DNA from: Octopus sinensis
Lineage: Eukaryota
Assembly (NCBI RefSeq): GCF_006345805.1
Contig: NC_043006.1
Location: forward strand, 44,392,001-44,456,000
Direction of reading: 5' to 3'
Length of the DNA stretch: 64,000 bases
The position numbers were made by a program, and so were the translations under genes. This document shows positions 22,817-35,559 of the stretch, in pieces. How positions within the stretch are numbered: the first letter of the stretch is position 1; every line of letters starts with the position of its first letter. The notes under the pieces are model-generated. The model was not told the DNA's origin. It saw nothing but the letters and a program-made list of their open reading frames with translations, and made no database searches.

Positions 22817-25800
22817 TACCCTTCATTCTTGGGTCCATTTATTTTGTTCTATGTAGTAATAGCATTTTTGGAAGTTATGAAGCACATATTTTATTTGATT
22901 ATACATTATTTATCAAAGTTTAGCCGGAACCCTTTTTTCTTTTATTACGAAAACCGAACGCTACTCAGAACTTCTAGTAAAAGTCTGCATGGTCTCGCCT
23001 ACGATGCACGACACGTAGCTAACATTTATTTCTCTCGTTTAGTCAAAATATTTGGTGGAATGGGGATAGTCGTGTGAATGTAACAATTTCATTTAACTGT
23101 TGACAAACTAATACACATAGACTAACAGTAATAATAATCATTATTGTAGGAAACCCTCAAAGGAATATGTACAGAAAGCGATGAAAACGAAATTTTGTAG
23201 TGGGTGGGCTGTCGGTATGTTTTCATCATTTTATAACTCCACATTTTAAAACACTGTAAATCACAATTTTTTTCTCAATTCAACCGGTCTCTCCTCCCAT
23301 ACGACTTGAATTGAAGCTCACACAAGTGGATGTGTGAGAAACTAAACAGGAATTTTCTAAGTATCTATAAAAGGACAATTTCAATTGTTTAAGGGTATAA
23401 CAGTAGAAATCGAAAGAATGCCGATTCCCCCCTATCAGAGCAAGTTTGATGCAGTACCTTTTCTAATTAAAACGATAAGGAGCTGTTGGGGGTTATTTTT
23501 TAACTAATTGAAATTTTCTTCACCTGGGGGAAGTCCTGATAAGTAGATACCTAAAGTGAAGGATAGCAACTGATGGCTAGTAGTAAAAGATAACCGAGTC
23601 ATAACTTTGTCCCCAGTATGGTCTTTCAATATGCTAGAAATAGTAGCATATACAAACCATTCAACGAAGGAAGTGAAAAAAACGTATATAAAATTCGATA
23701 AGAATTGAATATATTTCCGCTTGTATATTTTCTAATATTTCCTTGGAAAGGGATGTCATTTTTTTTTCAGGGGTCCAAACAGTCTTATAAAGAAAGGAAA
23801 AAAAAAAAAGGGGGGAACGCTGCACGAGACACTGAAATGGCCAAGTAGGGTCGCATTGAGAACCTGTATTCCTGCAAATGTGGGATATATTTTGTACGAG
23901 AGTTCAGGTCACAACTATCCCGTACTATTTCTTGGCTTTGTCCATCTAAGATTTCATTATCTAAATGTATTCTTCCATATTCCAGACGGTTGAGTGATTT
24001 GAGCGAGACTTCGCTACTATTTCTAGCAACTCTTCGCATACAAGCAGTCACGTTTTTAATTCAATCGGGAGTATTTTTGAAAAATTACAAGATAACATCA
24101 GCCATTTAAAGCCAGGTAAAAAGGAAGAAATAATTATTTAGTTTAACTCTGTAATAGGTATCTTCTTAGTATTAAGCGAATGCAAACTACATTTAAAAGT
24201 AACCAGAATAGCATTTATAGACAGAAGTAATGCACATATATATGAAATATATAAAATTAAGCCAGTGAGATTACAAAATCAAGGCGATCTTAAATCTATT
24301 TAACACATAAAAAAGGAAAAGTGTTATATGTATTTTTTAACGGTATGGAATATGCGCTATGACGGCTGATGAACGAATGATCATCTGCACTCGTGTAATA
24401 TAAAAAGTTTAAATATATAGCCACAAAAGTAATCATGAAAAAAATTCTACCTCAAAAATATTAATGAATGTTAGTACAATCAAATTAACATGTTTTTAAG
24501 ATTACAGAAATTATAAAAATACTGATGTTAACAGATAAACACGAGGCACTAAAATTTTACTCACCACAATGTATACGAGTTAATCTAAGAAAGGAAGTAG
24601 CTGAGTTACATGCGCGTTAACTTGTATTTCCCGTGCTTAGTTTCGTATTTTACTATCGCAGAATTCAGAGAAAAATTTGCATTCTTGTAAAAAAAAAAAA
24701 CATGTATAAAATAAATATTTTAAAAATTAAACGTGAAAGCCGTATATTATGATTGTGTTTAATGTTTTATACATATTGTTATCAAAATCAGTGGGTCCCA
24801 AACACGTACAGTTTATTGTTACCCCCTCTTTATGTAATCAGCCGGTTATCTCTATTAAAAAATACTGTTCACCAAACATGTCCCAATAAGCAGTTCCACG
24901 TGTATGCGTGCAAAAACATACACGTTTTGTTTACTTTCCAGCCACATGCTTCTTGTTTCAGTCTCACTGCATGGTACCTTGGGCAAGTGTCTTCTGCTAT
25001 AGACACGGCCCAACCATAGCCTTCCGAACGAGTTTGGTAGAAGCCTGTTGTATGCATATATATGTTCTTGCATTTTTTTTCTCCTTGTTTTGTCGTGTGG
25101 TTGTTGAAAATGATTGTCATTGTTATACAAGCAGTGCCATTCATTTACAATATTTTGCAAGAACCAGTCTGACCAGAGGGAAATATTACCTTGCTTATAT
25201 ACAAATGAGGGTTGGCGACAGGAAGGGCATCCATTTGTAGAAAATCTGTTTCAACAAACTCCATCTGAACTATGAAAGCTTGGAAAAATGGACATTTAAA
25301 TGGTAATGATTATATATATATATTTCATCAGCATCAAAATAAAAGTCAAATGGAAATTGTAGTTGTGATACCCATGCCGGTGGCACGTAAAAAGCACCAT
25401 CCGAAGGTGGCCAATGACAGCGCTGCCTTGACTGGCATCCGTGCTGGTGGCATGTAAAAAGCACCACCCAACCGTGGCGGTTACCACCCTCCTCTGACCC
25501 ATGTGCCAGTGGCACACAAAAAGCACCCACTACACTCATGGAGTGGTTGGCATTAGGAAGGGCATCCAGCTGTAGAAACACTGCCAGATCAGACTGGAGC
25601 TTGGTGCAGCCGCCCTGCCTCCCGGACCCAGGTTGAACTGTCCAACCCATGCAAGCATGGAAAAACGGATGCTAAATGATGACGATGGTGATGATATATA
25701 TATACATATCAAAAGATGTGTTATAATACTATTCCACTACCATACCAACAATCCAACATACCTCCATCATCAGCTGCCCCACAGATATCATTATGGTTTC

Positions 25801-27339
25801 AACACTTGGGCAGTACCATTCAATCCAGTGGTGTCAACAGCACTAAAATAAGTGTTGTTTAGGAACAAACAAACTAAAGGAACCACAACTTTCAAAAACA
25901 TTTACCCAATGTACAACCGTATTCAATAAGTAAATTACAACCACTCCTAAATATGTTATTAAACAGTGACAACTCTATTAAGTCATACAAAAATTATAAT
26001 CCCTACCATCTTCCATGGTGTTATATAAAAGTAAAAGTTTAATAACCACATTATTTCAATCAATATATAGGCAGCATTAAACACTAACTTTACTAAAACT
26101 ACAACAAGAGACATTTAAACCAATGTACATTGTATCGGTATTAATAGTAAACTGCAATAACTAATATATATATACTGTTGTTGCAAACCAAATCCCAAAA
26201 CGAAATAATATATATATATATAGTAAATCCAAGAAAAAAAAAGCAAAGAACAACCACAACAAAAAGAACAACACAAGGATGTGGTACATGCAAAGTATTA
26301 GCAGATGATCAGGGAAGGAAAGAAATGTTTTGAACAAAGCTCTTTGTTAGAAACAGGAGATGGAGGAAAGTCTAAGAGAAAAGGAAGATGAAGGGAAAAA
26401 AATCATCAACGATCCATGCACTCTGTGCAGACTTTTAAGTTAGCAGCCCAAAACTAAACAGAGCTAAATAGCATGACAATAATACATCTATAATGACTAT
26501 ATGCCCCCGTGGTGTTTGATCAGAGGTTAAGGATGGATGAGAATTAATTCTGTAATGCAATTATTCTATTGTTCCAGTCCCAAGTTGAATTTCAACTATT
26601 GGCCAATTTGTCTCAAAGTTCTTACCTCAATGTAAAATTAACAAAGCGAACGTTATTTATCTCTCCCTTGATCATCTGACAAAAGCCACCAAAATGGCGT
26701 GAATCAGCTAGAAATAGCAACCCAAATGCTTTTAAATCAGATCCCACTGCTGGATGTTCAAGAACCAAATGAAGGGCATAATTTTCATTCCTGGGATCAT
26801 CCTGATTCCAAAAAGGTATAATATGTCTATGTAGAGCAAATGTAGGTTGAGATACAGGAGTCCAGATGGACAGACAGAATTTTGATTAAATGAAATACCT
26901 TTATCTACAGGCTGAAACAGCTGTAAGATCCATTTTATGTATATTATTCTTATGGTATTATTATCATACATAGTGATGTATATTGTTTTGTTTGATTTGG
27001 ATGTTCCTATTTATGTAGTTAATAAATAAATAATATGAATTGGTAATATCTGTAAGTCGATGATTGGAATGAATCTGTTCCTCCATTTTCTTATTTGAAT
27101 ATATATATATATATATGAGAATTTTTTGCGTAATGAGATAAGAAGCCAGTTGTTAATTTTAAATACTGTTGGATTTTTCTCATAAGGTATTGGAATCTTA
27201 CATATATACCATTCTGCCTAAAAAATGGATCTACAAATTCAATATCCCTACATATCTCACATCTATTTTCTTTCCTCCACCTCACTCTCTATTTTGTATC
27301 CTATCTAAATTAATTATTACTTAACCATCCTCTCACACT

Positions 27340-27391
27340 GTCTCTAATGAAAGGATATAATTAATAAATATCCTGAAAATAGCTGTAAGAC
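27340..27391 (+). ncRNA. Degenerate type I hammerhead (G5A core change, probably inactive)
   Basis: GTCT-CTAATGA-A-AGGATAT..ATATCCT-GAAA-ATAGCTG-TA-AGAC. Confidence 0.5.
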
Positions 27392-28135
27392 CTTCTATCT
27401 ATAAATGTTCTAATATCTACACAGCCTTGTAGATACTAGAATATAATGAGTAATCTTTTCTTGTCCTCTGGGACAACCTACTGAAAGCTATGGACCAAAT
27501 TCGTGGCCAGTGCAAAGTCATGGAAAAACTGGGGATGACATGGTGGTAGAACAGTGCTGTAGACAGAGCTATAAAAGTAAAAAGATAGAGCTGGATGGAT
27601 TGGAAGAATGGGAGTAGGAGAGAAATATACTTGGTAGTAACAAGAAAAGCTAGGTGACAGTTTTACATAGTGAAAAGAGAAGCAGAATGGAAAAGCTTTG
27701 CCAATGTTCTACAGCAGTCATTCACAAACGTTTTGGGGCTGCCACCCCCTTGTCACCCAGACCTCATTCCTAGCACCACCACCCTGCTCACCACCACAAA
27801 CATAGACCACCTTTCTGCAGCAAATTCAAAGCAGCTGTATTTCACAAATAAAAGTTAACCTAATAAACCCATTATATTGTTGTTTTTACACTCATTGCCC
27901 CCTTTTGGCAACCTTATAATTATCCCCACTTTTCTTCAGTGCTGCCCTGCCCTTGGATCTTTCCACCACAACCACCACCAGGAGGAACCACTGTTCGACA
28001 GCATGAATATCAAAAGCATGAAAAAGTTATATTTGATCATTTTCATCCAGTCAGAAAACAGGCTTTGGGAGTTATCATTTTCTGCTGACGTGTTTTAATA
28101 TGAAACTGTAACAAAATCAACTTCTGCTTTATGCA

Positions 28136-28561
28136 TCTCTTATTATAAAAGGCAGATTTTATCTGCCTCCCTTTGTCTCTTATAGAAATCTACAATATAG
28201 GATTTCTTCAATTACAATTTACCTGGCATTTTTAAGAGTAGAATAAATCGGGTCGTGCCAGGTCCAGTTTTTAAAATTTCAACCTCAATTAAGCAAAATT
28301 TAGAGAAAACTCACATTGTGGTGTGTTAGTCAAGTGCTTTTCTTAGTGTGGGCTACAGCACACACACACGCACACACACACAAATGGAGCGAACTGTTTC
28401 ACTGCCACTATCACCCTAATTTCTCCCCCTTTCTCTTTGCAAGTGTGCAACGTTTAAAGTGAAAGTAATTCACTTTTTGTAGTGAGTGACTCTTTCACTC
28501 TGCATTCCCACTTCCTCTTTACACACATAGACATGCAAATATATAAATAAAATTGTAAGCT

Positions 28562-28628
<67 letters not shown>

Positions 28629-28631
28629 AGG

Positions 28632-28669
<38 letters not shown>

Positions 28670-30214
28670 GTGTGAGTGTGTGACAGGAAAGTTTTTTAGG
28701 ACGAATATAAGACCTAAAGTATATCCAAGTAGCAGAAAGATCGCCCAAAAGTGTATATAGATATTTAAATGTATTTATATATTCATCTATACACAGATGT
28801 ATGTATAATGTGTGTGTATATATTTCCATAGAGGTAACCTTTCACTCCATACAAAGTTTTTTAGGACGAATATAAGATCTAAAGTATATACAAGTAGCAG
28901 AAAGATCGCCCAAAAGTGTATATAGATATTTAAATGTATTTATATATTCATCTATACACAGATGTATGTATAATGTGTGTGTATATATTTCCATAGATGT
29001 AACCATTCACTCCACACAAAGTTTTTTAGGACGAAAATAAGATCTAAAGTTATCTCTAAGTAGCACAAAGATCGCCCAAAAGTGTATATAGATATATAAA
29101 TGTATTTATATATTCATCTATGCACACATGTATGTATAACGTGTGTGTATATATTTCCATAGAGGTAACCATTCACTCCATACAAAGTTTTTTAGGACGA
29201 AAATAAGATCTAAAGTTATCTCTAAGAAACAGAAAGATCGCCCAAAAGTGTATATAGATATTTAAATGTATTTATATATTCATCTATACACACATGTATG
29301 TACAATGTGCGTGTATATATTTCCATAGAGGTAACCATTCACTCCATACAAAGTTTTTTAGGACGAAAATATTTATATATAAAAGAAAGGTTGTGTGTCT
29401 GTCTACTCCGATTTAGATTCCTAACTACTCCCACATTTTGCGATGCAGTTTAACCAAAACCGGGTATCTTATAGTCGTGATTCATATCGAGCCCTTCTGG
29501 GTATTAGCGCGCGTCTACGATGAGTCTACGATTTTACAAATAATTTACCATCATTTTTTTCCATTTTAATGCATATTTTTTTAATAAAGGGAAGTAACTC
29601 TCAAACTTCACACCAATATGCGTGCTCATATGCAACGTAATATCACATCAGCAGCATTTCCTCACACCCTCCTTGCACTTGGCGAAGGCAAAATACCAGG
29701 GGATGAAAATGGTAATATTGCCATCGATTCCATTTGTACCATTGTTAAGACGCCTTCTGATCTCAGAGATGCAGTGTTCCCAGATCTACAAGCTAATTAT
29801 CAGAATATGGATTGGATTGGCAAAAAGGCTATACTGGTCCCGAGGAATAAAACTGTTCACCATATTAATGATGAAATGCTAAAACTCATTCCTGGGGAAG
29901 TCTATGTATATCAGTCTATCGATACAACTCCTGACCCAGAGGACGTCATCAACTATCCAATAGAGGTACTCAATTCCTTGAGCACCCCGGACTACCACCA
30001 CACTTTCTCAAACTTAAAGTTGGTGCCCCTATAATGCTCATCAGAAATTTGGTTCCCCCAAAACAATGCAATGGCACACGTTTGATCGTTAAGTCCTTAT
30101 CTCCCACCGTAAACTTATATCAATATTTGCCTGAATAATCATCATAATTCAGTGCAATCATTAACAGTACTTTCAAGCAATTCAGCCCCGAGCAACGCCG
30201 GGCAATTCTGCTAG
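28136..30214 (+). mobile_element. Non-autonomous Helitron with a PIF1-like helicase fragment and internal minisatellite
   Basis: 5' TC after A; 3' hairpin GCCCCG..CCGGGC then CTAG before T. 29618-30110 encodes MRAH..LLALGEG..KAILVPRNKTV..IN..IPGEV..YQSID..NYPIEVLNSL, a frameshift, then LKVGAPIMLIRNL..CNGTRLIV. Confidence 0.85.
28688..29370 (+). repeat. 165-166-bp tandem repeat, ~4.1 copies, inside the Helitron
   Basis: GTTTTTTAGGACGAA recurs at 28691, 28856, 29021, 29187 and 29353. Confidence 0.9.
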
Positions 30215-31857
30215 TAGCATATAATCCCTCATAACTTTTATATTTTTTGGAATTTTCAGGAAATTTTTTTTGCAAATTCACATTCTACTCGTGGGAGTTT
30301 AAATCAGATCCACACACACACACATATATATATATATTATATATGATATTTACCATGTGAACTACGATGAAAAAATATGAGAAAGATATGGTATATAATT
30401 TTTCTTTGTGCAAGGTTTCCTTCAGACATAATTTATTTTAAGGGATATGCAAGGGTAAAAAGGTTGAGAAACACTGAGTTAGACTATATTTGTCAACTCA
30501 TGCTATCTCCCAGACAAAAGAGTTCTCATGTTTGGCTCGTTACTATGAAAAGAGACATGAATGTGTCTGTAGCTTACAATTGGCTAAAATTACCCAAAAT
30601 TTGCAAATTTTAAAAGCTAATAACTCTTTATCTATTAGATTATGGCAAAAATGAATTTCATGGCATTGATTAGCATACAGAACTACATCATTACACCAAA
30701 TATCAAATGTATTGGAACAAGAATTGAAGAAATTGAAAATTGGCAGCCAAACAGAAAAGATCCAAAAGGACATATGTGGTACTAGAAAAATTGTCTCGGT
30801 AAAAGACGTGATTGCCAGGACTGGATGGCCTTTCATCACAAATCTGAGTAAGGGTTAAACAACAATGTGTTAACAGGACGTTTGAGAGATATATTTCTGT
30901 GAGATACTCAGTTGAGTTTAGTAAATGATAATAATTTAATCATAGGTGGGTCATAATAGCAATTTAAACACACACATATCATTATATTCAAATATGCTTT
31001 CATTATATTTATTATCAAACATTAAATTCTTCCACAGTCTCAGAGGAACGGGATGTAAAAATTGATGTTAAATTACTTTGATAATTATTGAATACAAAAT
31101 TACACAAAAGTGGTTATAATGGTATACAGGAATTGTTTTATGAAATAAAAATTTACGATATCATGAACCAAGCTGTATACTTTTAGATTCAGTATACAGT
31201 TTCAGCTCATAGTTATTAACCGCGAATTAAAACTAAATTGTATATTTAGGTGCAGACTTGGCTGCGTGTGCCATGGGCAAGTGTCTTTTACTGTAGCCTC
31301 GGGTTGACCAAAGTTTTGTAATAGATTTGGTAGACAGAAACTGTAAAAGCTTGTGTGTATGTATATGTGTATGTATGTATGGATGGATGGATGTGTGTGT
31401 GTGTATGGAAGGATTCTCCACCGTCGCTTGACAACCAGTGTTGGTTTGTTTACTTTCCCGTGACTTAGCGGGGAAGTACTAAACTTTAAAAAAAAGTATT
31501 GGGCATGATTTATCAACTAAACCCTTCAAGGCAGTGCCCAAGCATGACTGCAGTCGAATGACTGAAACAAGCAAAAAAAAAAAAAAATGGAAGATAAAAA
31601 GATTTGCTAAGCTTTGAAGTTCACATTAAACCATAAATACAGGTAAAAAAAAATTCACCCGGGTTTTAGTTGGGATTCCATAAATTAACTGTGACTTGTT
31701 TTCCTAGCCAAAATTGTGACTTTATTACTGACGTTTTTTTTCCTGTGACTTTATTATCGGTCACCTAAATGACAGGCATCTTTAGAAATAAACAATTCTG
31801 TATGTGTGTGTGTATATATATATCTTGTCTATACACATGTGTTTGTATATATTTGAA

Positions 31858-31916
<59 letters not shown>

Positions 31917-31939
31917 TAGAAGAAATGAGGTAATCAGAA

Positions 31940-32321
31940 GATACAAACGCACACACACACACACACATACACATACACACATGTTCTCTCTCTCACTTCT
32001 CCTCATCCACCTCACCCTCTTGTGCTGTCTTGTTCCTCCCCACCACTACGAAACTCTATAAAATGATTAAAATGATGTATTTACAGATATTTATTTATAT
32101 ATTACATTTTTTACATATATATCATATCATTTAGATCATTAGCGCTTTCTCCCATTCTAGTGGGGTTTTCAAATCAAAATAATTCCTTTGTAGGGAATTT
32201 TAATCATTTTATAGAGTTTCGTAGTGGTGGGGAGGAACAAGACAGCACAAGAGGGTGAGGAGAAGTGAGAGAGAGAACATGTGTGTATGTGTATGTGTGT
32301 GTGTGTGTGTGCGTTTGTATC
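31940..32321. repeat. Inverted duplication (~130-bp arms, ~120-bp spacer)
   Basis: 31940-32073 is the reverse complement of 32197-32321 apart from a 9-nt indel. Confidence 0.8.
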
Positions 32322-32839
32322 TCAGGCTAGTGCTAAAGAGAAAGAGGGGAAGGGAGAGGGAAGAAGAAGGAAAGAATTTCCTTTGGTCTGCTAGACAGAA
32401 CACTGACTCCAAGGGGGTTCTAAGAATTTCAGCTTTGACCACTTCAGTGTCACTGGTGGTGGGGAGGCAGGCTATAAATTACACCTCCTTTTATCATTGT
32501 GGGGATGGTCAAATGCCATTTGGGGTTTAAGAATTCTTTGTGTGTGTGTGTGTGTGTGTGTCTCTGTGTCTTTGGAGAAGGGGAGAGAGACAAAAAGAGA
32601 AAAGGGAAAATAAAAATAAAAATAAAAATAAGGGAGGAAGGGGAAAAAAATTGTGTTGATATTTATACCACTACATATATATACACAGACTTATACATGA
32701 AATATTTGAAAAAAAAACCTTTTATTGGTTCAAAATGAACAACTAAATTACACTATCTTGAAAATTGTATATCATAGGAAAGTTAAAATTAAAGTGACAA
32801 TTCATCCTTTTGGGGTCGATAAATTAAGTACCAGTGGTA

Positions 32840-34132
32840 ATTTCACTAAAAAAAACTCAGATTTTTTTGCGTGGAATCAAGTACCCTGATCTCTTAATAT
32901 GCTGCAAATCCCTAATTTTGGTTTGGAAAAAGAGCAGGGGGAGCGAAGGGGTACTCCCCCCCCCAACCAGGTCCCGGATTCATTGAAAACTTTTTTTTCG
33001 TTGAATGAATTCCTGTGACATCCTAATATGCTACAAAACCCTTTTTGGGGGTCCAAAAAAATGGAGTGGGATGAGGTGGAAGCCTCGGAAATTTCACCCC
33101 CACCCCATTGATCTTTTCAGGGTTAGGTTTTGGCTTTTAGGGTTAGGGTTATCTATCTATCCGCTCAGTCAAAGTCGACTCTCAGTTACTCGTTGGATCA
33201 GTGTCCTCCAGTCAGTTCTATCCTGGGCCGCTTCTTTCAGATTGGCTATGTCCATTCCGGTATCACTCTTGATGGTGTCAAGCCAGTGGGTTCTTGGTCG
33301 GCCTCTTCCTCTCTTGCCACTGACCATTCTGAGCATAATGTCCTTCTCGAGGGATTTTCTCCTCATAATATGACCGAAATATGCCAATCTATGCTTGGTA
33401 ATCCTAGCTTCTAGCGACATTTTCGGCCTGATCTGCTTAAGAACTTCTCCATTGGTGAGCCTCGCTGTCCATGGAATCCATAAAAGTCTTCTCCAACACC
33501 AAAGCTCGAATGCATTAATTCTGTTCTAGTCAGCTTTCTTTAGTGTCCAGGTCTCGCATCCATATGTTGCTATTGGGAAGACAATTGCATTCAGCAATCT
33601 GCATTTGGTAGCAAGTCTGATGTCTCTACTCTTCCAGACCCTGCTCATGCTGACCATTGCCTCTCTGCCTAGTACTATCCGCTGTCTTATTTCTGGAGTG
33701 CAGTCACCATCTCGATTTATTTTGGAGCCAAGGAAGATGAAATCATCAACCACTTCGATTTCTTCATTATCGATCTTGATGCTGATGTTTGTTGTGGCTG
33801 CTGTTAGGGTTAGGGAAATCCGCCCCGGATTCATGGGAATTTTTTTTTCCTTAGTGAAAATCATGCTGGTTAAAAGATCAATCAGAGTAGGTGTGGGTGA
33901 AATTTCCGAGACTTCCAGCTCACCGCACTCCATTTTTCTGACCCCAAAAAGGGTTTTGTAGTATATTAAGATGTCACAGGAATTCATTCAACGCAAAAAA
34001 AAAAAAAGAAAAATTCTAATGAATGCGGGACCGGAGGCGGGGTCGCCCCATTCGCACTCCCCTCCCGAACCAAAATAAGGAGGTACTTGATTCCCCGCAA
34101 AAAATCCGAGTTTTTTTTTTTCTTAGTGAAAA
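32840..34132. mobile_element. Long-TIR foldback/MITE-like element interrupted by an RTE LINE
   Basis: ~32840-33115 is an imperfect reverse complement of ~33870-34132 (TTTCACTAA..GGAATCAAGTACC / GGTACTTGATTCC..TTAGTGAAA). Confidence 0.7.
33149..33803 (-). mobile_element. 5'-truncated RTE (BovB-like) LINE, RT C-terminus
   Basis: IEVVDDFIFLGSKI..DCTPEIRQRI..VFPIATYGCETWTLKKAD..RLAYFGHIMRR.SLEKDIM..GKRGRGRPRTHWLD. (GATA)n tail and a 12-bp target-site duplication TTAGGGTTAGGG at 33137-33148 and 33804-33815. Confidence 0.88.
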
Positions 34133-34237
34133 TCGTGCTGGTGTTACTCTGAAAAATGACCTATATATTTATGCATGTTTGTGCGAGCATATATATAGGT
34201 CGCTAACCACTACACGTTCTTATTTTCTCTCCTTGTT

Positions 34238-34275
34238 TCTTTCTGTGGAAGAGCGTAGGCTCGAAACGTTAAAGA
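34238..34275 (+). ncRNA. Minimal hammerhead-like motif with A6U core change
   Basis: TCTTT (I)-CTGTGGA-A-GAGC gtag GCTC (II)-GAA-ACGT (III)-T-AAAGA (I'). Confidence 0.45.
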
Positions 34276-34439
34276 CTTTTTCACTTCCCGAGCGTTATAC
34301 TAATACATCTGTTCGTTGTCTACACCACCTGTCTTCGTCTTTTTTTTTTTTTTTTTTATTTTTGTGAATTCTTCCCCTACGGTTTGTCAAGTCCTCATTA
34401 AACCACATGTATCATTAAAAAAATAAACAATGTTATATA

Positions 34440-34530
34440 GGAAGTGAGATCAGAGTTACGGCCCTTATTTCTTCAGCTCAGGCTTCTCGAATTATTTACG
34501 TTGAACCGTCACTGTGTAACAACGACCGAG
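34440..34530 (+). other. Candidate non-coding first exon / promoter of the PIWI gene
   Basis: Non-repetitive, CpG-retaining segment beginning GGAAGTG and ending CCGAG|GTAAAG (donor-like). The ATG exon at 39125 starts at a splice acceptor, so an upstream exon is needed. Confidence 0.4.
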
Positions 34531-35527
34531 GTAAAGTGTCTGTTTTTTTCTTTTTATCAAATTAATAATACCAAACTGCATAATTTCTGTTTTGTACACT
34601 ACCTTTTTGTCCCTTTACGGTTAAGAATATATATTTGATAAACCTTAAAGGACTGTTCAAACATTTTCTTTTTTTCTTTATATGTAATAACATGTGGAGG
34701 CGGTATTAACATGATTTGATAATGTTCAATGTTGGTTGCGAAAGGTTTCGGTTAATTTATTGCCTTTAAGTAAATAAAGCCATAGTTAAATATACCTATC
34801 GAAACCCCTTTGATTCCAAGTCATCCGAAATCGCCTCTGGTTCTATGATATAAACTTTCTGTTGTAAAGTGATCTTAATTAAAACCTTTGGCCAATATTT
34901 CATGTTAATTGAAGTTCCAAACACCACCTTAATAATGACGATTATTTTAATAAATTCGTTATCATTTTCAAAATTAATTGAAACAAGAGCAGTGTATTTC
35001 AACAGAAATTTGGTAACAAAAAGTTTAAATATTTCTTAGTGACACATAGCGAGTCATATGAGGAAAACATTGCGATATAGTGATGTATTGGAAAAGCGAC
35101 CATGTCGAATATTTGAATTACCGACGGGTTATTTTCTCTCCGACTAAGTTTGTTCTTTAAACAATCATTTTGTGATGAATTCGCTGAGAAAGTTAAGATA
35201 TTTTAAGGAAAATGAGAAATGCTCATGTCGGTTACATATATAGATGCTCGTCTCAAACTTTGTGGTAGGTCTATGGCGACCTTAAGTTAGTAATTTGTTC
35301 TGATTATTTTCATTTTGAAATATAGCGCTTGTATGTATACGACTATTTGTGTGTTTTATGCATATATATGTGTATGTACACACACACATATATATAGTAT
35401 GTACATGTTCTGAGTATTTTCATTTTGAAATATAGCGCTTGTATGTATGTATACATGCATATGACTATTTGTGTGTATTATGCATATATATATGTATGTA
35501 TATATATATATATATATAGTATGTACA

Positions 35528-35559
<32 letters not shown>

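Noticed and set aside
24364-24400. CTGATGA-ACGA..TCGT-GTAA hammerhead-like string
   Set aside because: It lacks GAAA and a closing stem I.
26320-26356. Minus-strand CTAACAA-AGAGC..GTTC-AAAA, resembling a decayed hammerhead
   Set aside because: Three core positions are mutated, so it cannot be supported as a ribozyme.
33115-33150. TTAGGG repeats as a telomere or chromosome fusion site
   Set aside because: There are only 2-3 units, inside a transposon.
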